Shown piece by piece: positions 39,601 to 53,012 of a DNA stretch of 64,000 nt; within the stretch, counting starts at the first letter, position 1, and the number at the start of each line of letters is the position of its first letter. The stretch is from Podarcis melisellensis. Its lineage: Eukaryota. A program made the position numbers and the translations under genes. The DNA is taken from assembly GCA_964234715.1 (NCBI GenBank), contig OZ174282.1, one strand, 5' to 3'. Below the pieces are notes generated by a model. That model was not told the origin of the DNA. It saw only the letters and a program-made list of their open reading frames with translations, and did no database searches.

Positions 39601-40922
39601 TAAACTCATGAACAAACACATGTCAGAGGCTCCCAAAGTCTGAGTCACCAGCAGACAGGCATCTCCAAAAGGGCCACAAGTCCGTGGCTGGCTGGCATGG
39701 GGCCAGTGATCTCAGGCTGATGAGGAAGTGGTGAAAGCAGAGGGGCAAATGACTTCATGTCGCAGCTAGACGGTGTGTGTCAGGTGATGAATGGAGGGTG
39801 AAAAGGAGAGCATGGAGTCTTTTAGGCTGGGAGGCGGGGGAACTGCAGCAAACCTTCAGGGTAGTTTCATTACATTGGAAACATGCTGCCTTATTGCAGT
39901 GGCTGGATTTTATGACACTTCTTTGGAACCTAATTAGGTTTTGAAAGGAAAAGGAAGGTTGAACATGTGGATTCTGCATGGCCACACTGGCCTTGCCTAA
40001 GAACACACTCCAAATTGCAATCAAGTTCAGAGCCCAAATCCATCCTCTCTCTCAAGAAAACATCCCCCGTTGCCTGCTCACCCTTTCCTCAGTGGGATCA
40101 CCACATCTCGGATTTGCCTGCAGATGCCATACTTGAAGTCGAGGATCCCTTTGTTCTCAATGGTGAAGCTGTTGGTCTTCCGGGAATTGAGTACCACAGG
40201 CCCAAAGTTTATGAGTGATGGAGGGGTGATGCTGTATTTGGTAAACATGCAATGCACTGACACCTTGATGGGAATGGTGGCAATGATCTCTCCTCCTTCG
40301 CAGAGGTTGGGCTCAATAACCTAGACAGAGGACAAGAGATTAGGCTGGCAGAAGGATGAGCTCCAGCTTGTGCCGATAAAGCACCACAATCCAAATCCTT
40401 GCCCTGGTGACCCTCTTGTTCTTCTCTTCCCACCTGGAAGCTGCAGAGGGAGAAGTGGGAAACACGCCCCCCGCCCAGCACAGACTCTGCTGAGAGATTG
40501 GTTTTCTTTGGCTCCTCCTATCACAGAACTGTTCCAATGCATGTAGGTCATCATAAGGAATGGCAGTCAGAGACCAGCGCTCCAAGAATAAGCCACCTGG
40601 GCACAAGAGCAGACTCCATGCCAGGAGGCACTCTTTATTCAAAGAAACTAAAACAGTGCAGGCCTAGTGATCACAGCAGTAGATCTTGCCCCAATGAGGC
40701 AATTGCAAGGACCAAAGGTCCCCACCTTCCCACCTCTCTCTCTTACTCCTCTCCCAGTTCCTTCCCCAGCGGTCTACGCCTCCTCCATCTTGTCTCTCTT
40801 TGCTCTGCTCTGTTCTCTTCATTTATCTACGTGTTCTGGGAGACAAGTGGCAGGGAAGCTGGTCACAGCAGGAAGGGGAGATTCCCTAGTTTCTTCAGCA
40901 GCCTGCCTTCACTCTGCCTTTT

Positions 40923-40969
<47 letters not shown>

Positions 40970-43900
40970 CACTTATGCCTCTGAGTCTGGATTGCTCTCT
41001 GCCATAGCCTCTCTCTGCTCATTAAACCCTGTCACCTCTTCAACTTCTAACACCACCTCCTCCCAGTCTGCTCCCTCTTCTCCCTTTGACCATTCTTCAT
41101 CCTACCACCACCAGTCCCCTGGCTCTGAGCCTTTTCCCCCTGTTTTGTCTCTTTGGTAGGTAGAAAGGCTGACTGCTAAGGCTTCTCCGCTCATATAGTG
41201 ATTTCTGGAGTGACCACCTAAGCAAAGAAGGATCCTGTAACAGCAACAGCAGCTATGCATTGAAGGCACTGCTTAGCCACCAAGTCCATGTGCCATGTAC
41301 AAACACACACATACTCAAGTATACACAGGGAAGGCATTTCAAGGCCTCTTTACTGCCAGCTCTTGCCAGCTCTCTTACGTGGCACTGCAGAATAGGCTTC
41401 TCCTCAATTTTCACTTCCCTCCCAGAGCGAAAAAGTATCAGGACTGAAGTGGGACGGTCATTGGGACCCAAATTCCCTTTCTGGGGTGTGATGGTGAAGA
41501 GTGGAGTCACATTGGGCATCCCATGATCTGTGGATTCCACAACAAAGCTAGAGAGCAAGGACAAAACAAAGACTCCTCAGCACTGGTCCAGAATCATGAC
41601 AGACACTAAAGCTAGAGACAGTAAGAAAATGAAGAGATACTGAAACAACTTCCCAAAAGGTTGTGGCCAGCTGTGTCCATTTTAAGCTAATATAATGACC
41701 CCAAAAAAGTGAGGTGTGCAAACAATGAGCCTGTGTCAATGAGCCTGTGGGCTGAAGAGCCCATTTTTCCATGTATGCTTATGTGCACTTTCATCTACAC
41801 ATGATCAATTTCAACAGAACTCTATCTCAATGTTTCCCATCCACATTAGTGGTTGGTGCTTGATGGGATGTTGTGTTGTCTACTCCCCTCAACTGGAGCT
41901 TCTCCATCCTCCCTGGGTACTGGAAACCTGAGATTCATTGTAGGCCATGCACTCAGGTATTGGTTTGCCTGTGCACAGCCATTTTTTAATTTATTTTTCA
42001 GTTACACATTTTCCAGTATATCAAACTTGCACAAAACAGCATAAAAGAGAGAGAGTGTGTCATGTCTGACTCCATCAGCAGCCCACCAGGGATCAGCTTG
42101 CCAATGGAAGTGGAGGGGTGGTAGACAACACTCAGCAAAATGTCACCACTCACTCACACACAAAAACCCTGCCCACACAACATACTTCAGTACATCCACA
42201 GTTGAGTAACAGAGGATTTTATGTAGGAGTTTTTCCTTGCTGCAGATCAGGAAAACCCAAATTAAAGTGTGGGTGGGAAGTGTGGGCTGCCACTTGAAGG
42301 AAGAATGCCACTTACTCTGCTCCTGCCTCCAAAATACCTAGACCATAAGGAAAGTCCTCAGCCAAGATATTGGAAACACAAATAATTTACTTAAACCGAA
42401 GCCCTGAATGTAGAATGACCTGAATCTGGGTTACAATTAGGGTAAAGCTAAGCTCAATAACTAATCTCAGAAGGACTGAGGAGGAAGAGGGTGGTGTTTG
42501 ATGGCAGTAGTGTTTGTGCATCATCTTCAGTCCATGCTAATAAAGCCAACAGGAGACAAAGAGCACAACAGAAGGTGTCTTCAGAGTAAATGGAGCTCAC
42601 CTGTACCCAATCTCATATTTTCCCTTGTTCTTCAAGGACAGCACTTGTTTAGCTTCATCCATGACTTTAATATTCCCAAGCTCCACACCACCATTTGTAC
42701 CTGCAGCAGCCAAAAGTCATTGCCATGAGTGGTCTGGATTTCACTGCTATTTTCCCACCCTTAGGAGTAGAAGTCACAGGCAGGATCAGGTAGATTACAA
42801 CCCTTATACTGGCAGCAGTGGGGGTGGCAGAGGGAAGCAGCAGCAATTGCTGTAGAGTACTAAGGAAGGAGTGATGCAGGATGCCAAGGCACATCTCACA
42901 GAGGGCAGTTTCTGCCATGAAGTTCTTTGTATCTTTCTCTCAGAAGCTTTGTTATCCATGATGCAGCCAGAAAAGCAAGGCTCTTTTTTATCTGCCTTTT
43001 AAAACCAATTAAACTCCTCCTTTGAGAGCAAAGGGGAGGTGCATATATCTGGATGAAGCAGCTTAAGCATAGAGAAAGGCAGAAAGAAAGATGGGGAAAA
43101 GGGATGTCCAAGCCTTCCCCCATCTGGTGCCCTCAGGTTGCTTTGGATTACAACTCCCATCATCCCTGATCCCTGATGATGCTGGCTGGGGCTGTTGAAA
43201 GTTGGGGGTCCAACAACACTTGTAGTACACTTGCAGGTAGTGGAAGGCTGCACTCCAGGCAATCTTATGATAACAAGGTCCCAGGTGAGACAGGATGAAT
43301 TTAGGAAAGGGTTCAAAAGCACCATTATTATGCACGCGCACACACTCCCAAAGTGACTTATCTACATTGTGTAGGAGCTCCTACACCCGTCAGGATCTGC
43401 TTCTCTGAAAGGGGAGGGCCACAAGAAGCAATAACATATGACCATGTTGAAAGAACTATCTACTGAGAAATGCCCCTGCAGTGGTGGCTGCTCTCATGGT
43501 GGCTATATGTTACTCCTCCAGCATGCCTCTGAACACCCCCAGCTGCTGGAAGAGCAGGGGCTATTGTGCTTTGCTGTGTTCATGGGCTTCTCAGTGGCCT
43601 TTCGTTGGCTGTTGTGGGAACAGAATGCTGAACCAGATGGGCTTTTGGTCTGATCCTGCTGCAGGGCTCTTCTTACGGGTTGCATAGTTTAATTAAAGGA
43701 AAGGGACATAAGGAAGTCCTGTCTTGGGAGGCCAGGAATTAAGTTTCTTGACCTTTTTATTATTAGTTTTCCAGTATTGGTTCATTGCCCTTTTGGTCCT
43801 TTACTCTTGACTGTCCGCCCTTACTTAGCATTCTTTCCAGTAAGCAATCAGTTCAGAATGGTTTTGGCTGGGAAGTGCTGAACCCACCTTTGGGAAAGCT

Positions 43901-46900
43901 GATGTCCAGGGCAACATCATAGGCCTCAGCAATAATTTGGATGTTTTCAATCTGGACAATCCCCAGAATATTTTCCACATCTGAAACCTGAAATGACAGC
44001 AAGCAACAGTCCCGTTGAGCTCCCTTAGGATCACTCTTTGCTGGGTGAAATTTGTAGCCAATACAGCCATATTTTCTGGACCAGAATTCAGTGAGAATGA
44101 TGCTAGACCTTGTGGTTGATATAAGAGCCTAGGAGATGTTTTAAAAAGCACAATAAATAAATCCCTCAGCCATGTCATATTCTGTCATGTTTGGTAAGCC
44201 ACTGCTACCCCCACCCCCAACAATGGGAACAATTCCCTGCCCCCTTTTCAGAGGGAACAAATAGTTTTGTGAAAATGGAGCAGGAGGGAAGCCACGCCTT
44301 ATCCCAGCAGTAGAACATATGTGTGGTAAAGATGGGAGAGGCAGCAGTGCTCCCCACCCATAGCAGCTGGCTGTAATTAAGCTCAGGTGGCCTATAGGAG
44401 GAGTGGTGATGGGAAGCAGAGCTGCAGAACAAGCAGGAGTGGCCAGTTCTGCTTTATAAGCAGCAGAGAATCCCAAGGAAGAGAGAGAAGAGGAGGGCTA
44501 ATGATAGGACAGAGGGAGATTTTGATGGAAGAAATCCTGCAGAAGCAAGACTAGAGAAGGCTCTAGTGATAGTTAAGATACCTCACAGATATCTCATAGA
44601 ATCATAGACTTAGAAGGGAGTCTGAGGATCATCTAGTCCAGGCATGGCCAAACTTGGCCCTCCAGATGTTTTGGGACTACAACTCCCATCATCCCTAGCT
44701 AACAGGACCAGTGGTCAGGGATGACCCAAAACATCTGGAGGGCCAAGTTTGGCCATGCCTGACTAGTCCAACCATCTGCAATGCAGGAATATGCACTGTC
44801 AGCACCATGCTCTAACCCAATGAGCTATCCAAATTTAACTCGTATGCACAGAATAATATGAGAGGGGGCAGAGAACCCTCTTAGGGCTTGTGGCTTGGTG
44901 AAGAGTTCCACAACTGGCTTTGCCCAGAACAAACAAACACATTCTTATCTGCACACACATTCTTGTTGCCATAACTTGCAATTATCTGGTCTCAAATAAA
45001 AGTATGACTGATACTTGCAGCACTCAGCAGCAATCAGAAAAAAACCACCATTATTTCCATCAATGTTTTACTACAGTTTATATTCTGCAAGTGAGTAGGG
45101 TGTAACTTTTAAATTGATTCTGGTCTTAGTTCAAGCCCTAGACACCAAATGATGCAGAGAGCTAAAGAAGTGCCCAGAGTCTGGCCAATATTTTATGCTG
45201 CTTCAGGCAAAGGACAAAATGGGGTCCTCACCTTTCCACATGTAGAGGCTGACCAGAGTATCCCCTGGAATGAACTTCAACGTAGGTGACTGATGGGACA
45301 GTATGCCAAGTGAGGGGGTGCAGGGAAGACAATGTAGCACACACAGCTCTGTCCCCCAGCACCTCACTGCTGCCCCACAGGATTTGCCAACTGAGGCAGG
45401 TGCCCCATCCTGCCAAATGATAGAGTTGTTTCTGTAAGCACCACCCTGATATTTTTACAGACCCAAGGACCAGAGACACTCCCAAGCTTTGGCCAAAAAA
45501 AAAAAAAAAAAAACCCCACACCAGGAAAAGTGGCAGCATGCAAGACCCAACCAACTGGACTGTAGCTGCCAAGGAATGCTCACCTCTAGGCGAATGGCCT
45601 TCTTAATGTTGAGTGTCTTTGTGGCCCTAAAGTTCACTAGCAGGCAGTACTCCGAGTAGGGTTCAATCACACCCATATCAACGGCAAGAGAGAAATCATC
45701 ACCAATGTTCTCCATGCCGCTGACCCTCCATGCAACAGGCAGAGGAGTGAAGTTCTTGAGGTAGAGTGGCTTTGTCTCCTTTCTGCAGAAACAAGAGAAG
45801 CCAAAGCAGCATCGTTTTCTGGGGGCTACAAGAGTTTTGCCGTGCCTCTTTATGCTGGGCAGATGAGATCATGTTCACCCAACTGGGAAAGTGGCCATGA
45901 CTCATATGGCAAAAGGAAGGGAACATCTCTTGGAGAATGACACCCAGTTGAGTTCCATGCTGTAGCTCGCATAATGGCTCAGCAGAGGATTCATTTGCAC
46001 ACAGCCTCAACTGAATAAACAAGGCCAGCAACTTCAGTTTTACATGCTCACAGTTTACATGCCCTTCAAACCTCACTCAATGCCGAGAAATACACTGTAT
46101 GCTACCCTGGAAAGCTCAGAGGTCAATGGTGAAAGTTCATGTCTCAAACTCCTGCTGCATCCAAAGCACCCAAAAACGTTCAAGGAACTTAAAGTAGAGG
46201 AAGCAACTGGAGATTGGTCAAAGCAGCGGGATCTACCTGTGCAATAGGAGCTTTTCAAAATGCACCAGCCGGCGATCTAGCTCCAGCTCTGGGCGAACTC
46301 CTTGGCAGCTGACCCGGAAGATTACAGGCTCTGGATTCTCTTTAATGCAACAGACAATGTTGTCCTCAAATATACCACTGGCTGTTGGATAAGCCCAAAT
46401 TGTCAGCTCCTGGGGAGTCAGAATGACACACATTCAGCTGGAAAGCCTTGACTTGCGTGAAATGCACACTACAGACAATGGTCGCCTCATGTCTTTACCT
46501 GCTTCTCGTTGGGCTTGAGTGTCATGGTAGGGGGGTCAAAGAGGTATGTGACTGCCTTGGAGTCATACTGGAAGAAGAAATGAACTTCCGCATCCAAAGG
46601 AGATATGTTGAGGATGGTGAGCTTTTCATAATGATTGGGGTATCGCAGGGCCTTGTACCTGTAGGCATGAATAGCTTACATTGGGAGTTGCAGGAGAGAG
46701 CAGGGCTACACTTGCCTCTCATGACAAGGCACTGCCTAACACTGAAGCACTTCCCATGTTCCCTGGCTCAGATAGGTTTGGCTGGAGCAGACAACATCCT
46801 GTGCGGACTGAGCAATTTGCACTCAAGGGAGACCTGCATCATGGAATCACGCCTTCTTTTACAGCCAGGATAAAGAACATAAAAGTGGAGGATTGTTTGG

Positions 46901-49900
46901 CAGAATTTGAAGAATCATTTCATGACCCCGGAAAGCTTGTTTTTGCACTGAAAATGTTCTCCACTGATCATGGGGCTTGGACCCAGCATTCAGGTTTCTA
47001 GCTCATGTGGGGGCACTTCAACAATTCTGGTATATTGTCAACCAGTGAGTTCAATACCACTGAAGTTCTGGGCTAACTGCTTGTCCTTTTATGCTGAACA
47101 CAACTGGCACTTACTTCTCCCTTGACTTCCCACACAGCAAGGGACCAAAGTGAAAGACCCCCAAATTCATGATGTACTTTTTGGATATTATGTCATCGGC
47201 TTTGACGCTCTTTACACGGTGCGGGAAGACAATCCTGGAGGAAAGAAGCAGAAATGCATCAGGAGGTGTGCAATGGGGGAAAGATCAACAAGACTGCAAC
47301 AGTGGAGCTTCAGGTGGTCCCTTGGGGAAGGGACGAATATCCCTTTTGGAAAAAGATCCATACTATGGCCATACTGGAGGTTTGTCCACCTTGGACGAAA
47401 GCAAGAAATGGATTGGGCGAGGAGGACAGGAAGTAGTAATAGTCTCAAGTTTGAACATTTCCTGCCTTGGACACCAGGTGGCAACATCAACCCATGTGAT
47501 GGCATAGCATCCATGGGGGGGGGCAATACAAACATGCCCCTCAAATAAATAGCCTGTGAACTACTGAGTCATTTCTCTTGGCCTCGGTGCCAAGATGAGA
47601 CAGATCTTACACTGTCAACTAATGTCAATGATATTCAAGAGAAATCCAATTCTAAATTTCTTTGACTATGAGGAAAATAGGTATAATCTTTACCCCCATG
47701 GTAGTGTAATCTCTATGTATCTTTTAGTTGGAAAATTCACCTGCTCAGGACAAGCATCCACATCTCATTATTTGCCTGGATGTAGAGGTGCTTCAGCAAA
47801 TAATCTGACTGCACAGTGTCTTGGCAGGTATCATACAAGAGGGGCAAGGAATGAGGTTCACTCTCATTATAACTGCTTTATACAGATGTCTGATTTCCAT
47901 ATCAGCCTTTGGCAGCATTTTTCCTTACTGACTTCAGAAAGAAAACAGAATTCACCACAAAGGGAAGCAAGAGACCCATAGATTCACGGGGCAGTCAAGG
48001 GCACAGCCCTCAGCCAGTGTCTGCAACCACATCAGCAGGAGACATGTTATCTGCTTGGAGCATCCTCTCTCTTCTGTGTTGTGCCAGGACCTCATATTTG
48101 CAGAATACCTTTCTGCTGGGTACTAGATGCAGCTTTATTTTAAGGAGGTGAAGGTACACATCTCTCAGGCCAGCTCTGGATCCTAGCCCAGAAGGCTTAT
48201 ATAAGTAGGCAGTGCCCTTTTCTTAGCACTTACGTAGGATCTTGGCAAATGGATGGATATATGCAGACACCCCTGCAGAAAACTTGATACTGTCGCTGGG
48301 TCCCCAGGATCTCAAAGTTTAGGACCTGATCAAAATACCCTGTCGTGGTGGAAGAGAAATGGAGGCGCATTGTAACCTCTCCATTAGCAGGGACCGTCCA
48401 ACGAAAGCAGGTCAACCTGTGGAATACAAAGCACAAAGAGTCTACCTCAAACAACTGGGGTGGGGTATATGGGTATGCAAGGATCATAGGAGCAGAGTTC
48501 TGCCCACCCTCACCCCCACCAGATCAGCATGCAAGGCTCACTTTCTGCTTCTGCTCAGCCAATGTTTCAAGGAGCACCCCAGCCCTGGCTAGTCAGAGGC
48601 ACACAAGTGCTTTCTGTCTGCTGTGAGACATGCCCCAGGCCCTATTTCTTGCTCCCTTACCGGCTGAGCTTCTCAGTAGATGGTTCCCCTGTGAGGCCAC
48701 CCTGATCTAGCTCTGACAGAGTTGTTACTGCACCAGGGGTAGGATGAATACCCTTCCTGCCACGAGAGCTGCCTTTCTTATCCTTTGAAGAATCACGGGT
48801 TATGTCGGTTTTCTCCTTCTTGCCCTTGCCTCGGGTTGGGGTTATCTGTTCCTCCTAAGACCCAGAAGAAACACAGGAGGAAAGAGAGAAGCAGGCAGCT
48901 TATTGTAGATATACTGCTGCTTCTTGCAGGTTTTCATGGCACACACACACAGTTGTCCTCATCAAAATGCTGCCCTCCCCATTTCTCCTTCCCCCCCTTT
49001 TAATCCAGATTTACTATTACTACTAGAAATCTTTAGGCCTTCTAACACCATGAACATAAATACCTATTTTACATATCTAATCTATATGTGTAATTCCTCC
49101 AGGAGTTCCATTTCCCCTTATGGATCTTGTGGATGGTTCTGGAGCCATGGAAAAAGTAGCAAAAGGTGACAAAGGGGCATCCCTGCCTAGTATTCTTCAC
49201 AAGCAAATATTTTTTCTGAAAGGGAGTCAATCCAGATCATTGCATGATATTTATTTTATTTATAAGTTAAACATCCCAAGCAGCTTTAACAAAAATGGCT
49301 ACTCCATTATCAAAAAGAAAGAAAGAAAGAAAGAAAGAAAGAAATTTAGTAGAACCTTATTTAACATTAGGCTACTCAATCTTAACAATTATTGATCATG
49401 GATCATAAAAGATCAGTAATTATTAGACCACAAAACCTATTACGTAAACCAACTGCTACATTTTTACCAGTTATAAATCTTGTTTAGTCTGCAGAGATTC
49501 AGTTCCCACTACACTATTTACAGTACAATCCTGAATATATCTACTCTGAAGTAAGCCCACTGAGTTCCGTATTATTTACTTTCAGGTAAGCGAGTATGTG
49601 ATTGCAACTTAAGTCTAGTAGTTAGAACTGTTGTCTAGTTTAAAATCTTAGTATTTTTTATGAGTGAAAAGATTTTTGCTTTCTTAAGTCTCATTCCGGA
49701 TCAACTTCATCTTTGTCTTCCCCAAATGCTGGCATCTCTCCCTTGGTCAACGACAGTTGGGGGTGCTCCTTTCCATTCAATGTGATGTGTTTCACACTCC
49801 TGGCAATTAAGGCAGCCTTACCTCTGATTTAGTCAGCATGCTGACCTGGTCAGTGTATGTAACAGAGGGCTCATGCATACTTCTGTTTGCCCCATTGCTT

Positions 49901-52900
49901 TCCCCCAGGAAAACCCATTGTTTATTGCTAAGTTGGAACAAACAGCAATCAGGTTTCCCGGGGATTGACATTTGCTCTGATTCAGCACTGAAGAGCAGGT
50001 TTTCTGGGGGAAAGCGGTGGGGCAAATACAGACCCCTGGCTAGAAAGCATGGGTCAAGCAGAAAACAAGCATACGTATAGAGGAACCCAAGGACCTCACT
50101 GGATGGAGAAGGGGTTCATTTTTTTAGTTTTGCCTCCCAGGCAACAAACCCAGCTTCCCTGATCACAATGGCGTTTGTCAGTCCTCCTTATTGTGCAACT
50201 TTATTGGCAGACTTTTCCCTTCTCAGGTTCTGTTTTTCCCATGAAGTAGCAAAGAGGCCCTCTACCTTTACTGTAGGGAGATTCACTGGAGTCTCCAAGT
50301 TATTCTCAGTCTCCTTCTTGTCCTCTTCCAGACTTGGATCTTCAGGTAAGAGGAAGGTGAAATGCTTGAGAGCTTCTCCAGGAACTGGTGCTGCCCGCTT
50401 CTCTGGATATGGGATCACAGAGAAACAGGCAGTGGGAGGAATGGGTGGCCCAGAAGGACCCAGTCCCAAGCCATTCAAGATCTACAGCAAGAGAGAAGGC
50501 TATATTAAGGCCGCATTGCAATGCTGCTATTGTAAAATGCAAATGAAATGACCTGCCTCTTTGTTTATACCAGCGGGCATATTGTTCTTCCTAGTATCGG
50601 CCACGGGACACTAGAGGCATCTAGGTGGAACTGCACCTTCCCACACATAGAATGGGGATTTAAAAGACCAGCTGCCCACAGCACCATAACTGTTGAAGGA
50701 TGGCATGAAAGGATGTCTGGATCTGTTGGCCATTCTTTTCTCAAGACTATGAGCCATTTGCCCGTCTCAGACTGCCATTGCCTGCCTGAAGACCTGCCTG
50801 GGTTGTGCATAAACAATTAAACCAATATTCTATGAGAGCTAGAATCATGCTTATTCTCTAAATGAAAACTGAGGTCTTCAGGATTCCATCACATCTGTAA
50901 AGCTCCCTCAAGCTAAATTTCTACATTCTTGCTAATATTGGAGAGGTTCCTTTCCACTAGAATAATCCCCATTTCTCTGGTGTGTGGAGGCTAGCCCACA
51001 TTCTGGGAAAATCACTGAGGGTCCCCACCTGGACGATATCTGGCAGCTTGCCACTCTCCAGGATCCTCTTGCCACTGGAGTCCTCAGAACTGAGCACCTG
51101 GAACTCCAAGCATGGGATCCCCACATCTGGTTCTCCCCCTTCTCCCTCCTGCCCTCCAGCCCTGTTGTCCTCCATCGCTTTGAGCCTCTCTAGGCGCTCT
51201 CTCTCCACTCTCTCTTTCTCCAGGCGCTCCTTCTCTGCTCTCTCCTTCTCCAGTCTCTCCTGGCGCTCTCTCTCCCTGTCCTTCCTGCCCTTGCGGCCTG
51301 AGGGTGCTTGCCGCTGGTCTTCTGCTTCCTCCTGCTTCTCTTCAGAGCCTGGTGGCAGCAGCTGCACCAACTGAACTCTGTCCCAAAAGGTTAGGATCTG
51401 GACTATGTCTTTCTGGTTGGCATCATAGAGCTTGAACCTCAGAGCCAAGTTCTTCTCACTCTCGCTCATCATTTCCTTCTCGGCTTCCTCATCTTCCTGG
51501 GCTACGGGTGGGGCAGCTCCTGGCTGACCATTCTGTGGGCCCGCCTTACTTTTCCTCTTCTTCTCATCTTTGTCATTGACATTAAACTCTGGGCGCTCCT
51601 TGGCGGATGCTTTCCGCTCGATCCCTTCATTCAGCCTCCCATCAGATTTCAAAGCAGGCACTGGGGCGTTCTGGAAGAGCAGAACCAAGGAAAAAAGGAG
51701 AGCCTGTCAAGTACATAGCTTCAGCCTTGCAGCAAGGAGCCCAGATAGCCACCCTTTCAAGCATTCTAAAGGATCCAAGTGTCCCAACAGCATGATGATG
51801 ATGATGATGTTGAGAGCCACCTGGGACTTGGCTTCTTCCTAAAAAATGCAGGCCACTTCCCCACAAACTGGTCACTAAAGCTTTAAGAAACAAAGCCACT
51901 CAAACTGCCCGATGCTGCCAAGTGGAGATAAGTGCCCTGGCATGAGCTAATACATCACTCAGCCATAGGAATCTTATCTCTTTTCTCCATCAGCCACATG
52001 CCCTTAGATTAGTGCTCCTCAAACTTTTTTGGGCTCCTACCTCCTTGGTTCCGTAAACTCATTCCCAGTGGCCCCTACCCTACCCTATAAAAAGCATTAT
52101 TCAGAATAGCAGTTTGCATGACACACTAAGGAACGAGAAAACACAATACAATTCAGAATAGTAACAATATACTGCACATTTTTTCAAAATTAAATGAAAT
52201 TTGGTTTCACTACTTCACTACTTCAACAAAACTGCTTCACTACTTCAACAAAACTGATTAACTTGGTCCAGTGAGACCAGGTTTTCAAAATCTGATAGTC
52301 GTTTATACCTCCAGTACTGCCCTGCCACCCCTTTGCCTCTAGGTAATCCCACTGTCCCCTGGGGGGAGGGGCAAGTACCACTCATTGGCTTCAAGGGCTG
52401 CTTGGGACTTACTTGCTTGCCTCCTTGCTGGGCCTTCTTTGCTGCAGCCTCATCTTTCTCCTTGGCCACTGCTGCCTCCCTCTTGTAGCGCTTGCTCTTC
52501 CTCTTCATCTCCTCCTCCTCCCGCAAGCGCTCCAGTTCCTGCTGGTGCTTCTTCTCCTCCAGCTCCCGAGCCAGCTTCTCCTGCTCCCTTCAATGCATGG
52601 CACACAGGAAAATCAGGAACTTAATTCATTCCCCAGGTGCCTGAAAAACTTCCCCCAATCAAGCTTTTCTCCCCCCCCCCCCCCGGATCAAGTATGAATC
52701 AGCTCAGCCTCTTCAGCCACCGAACCCCATCTCAGAGTACTCAAAAGGGCCCAGAGGCTTTTCCACCCCTGCTTCTGGCTAAAAAGGCAGCATGTAGCCG
52801 CGGTTGGGAGGCTCCGATGCCAGGCAAATGCAACCCAGGTAACTAGGCATGGGGAGAAGTATGGCTTCCAGGATGACCAGCAATTTAGGATGCCCCAACC

Positions 52901-52975
52901 ACGAGCAAGAATGTCCATGTGAAACCTCTTGCCCTCTTCTCCCACTCCCTCCTCAGCTATCAGTAAGAAGTACAA

Positions 52976-53012
<37 letters not shown>

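Noticed and set aside
49822-50025. Possible HYDIN cassette exon (strong GAG|gtaagg donor)
   Set aside because: The plausible acceptors give phase 1 or 2 starts while both flanking exons need phase 0; no HYDIN-like sequence
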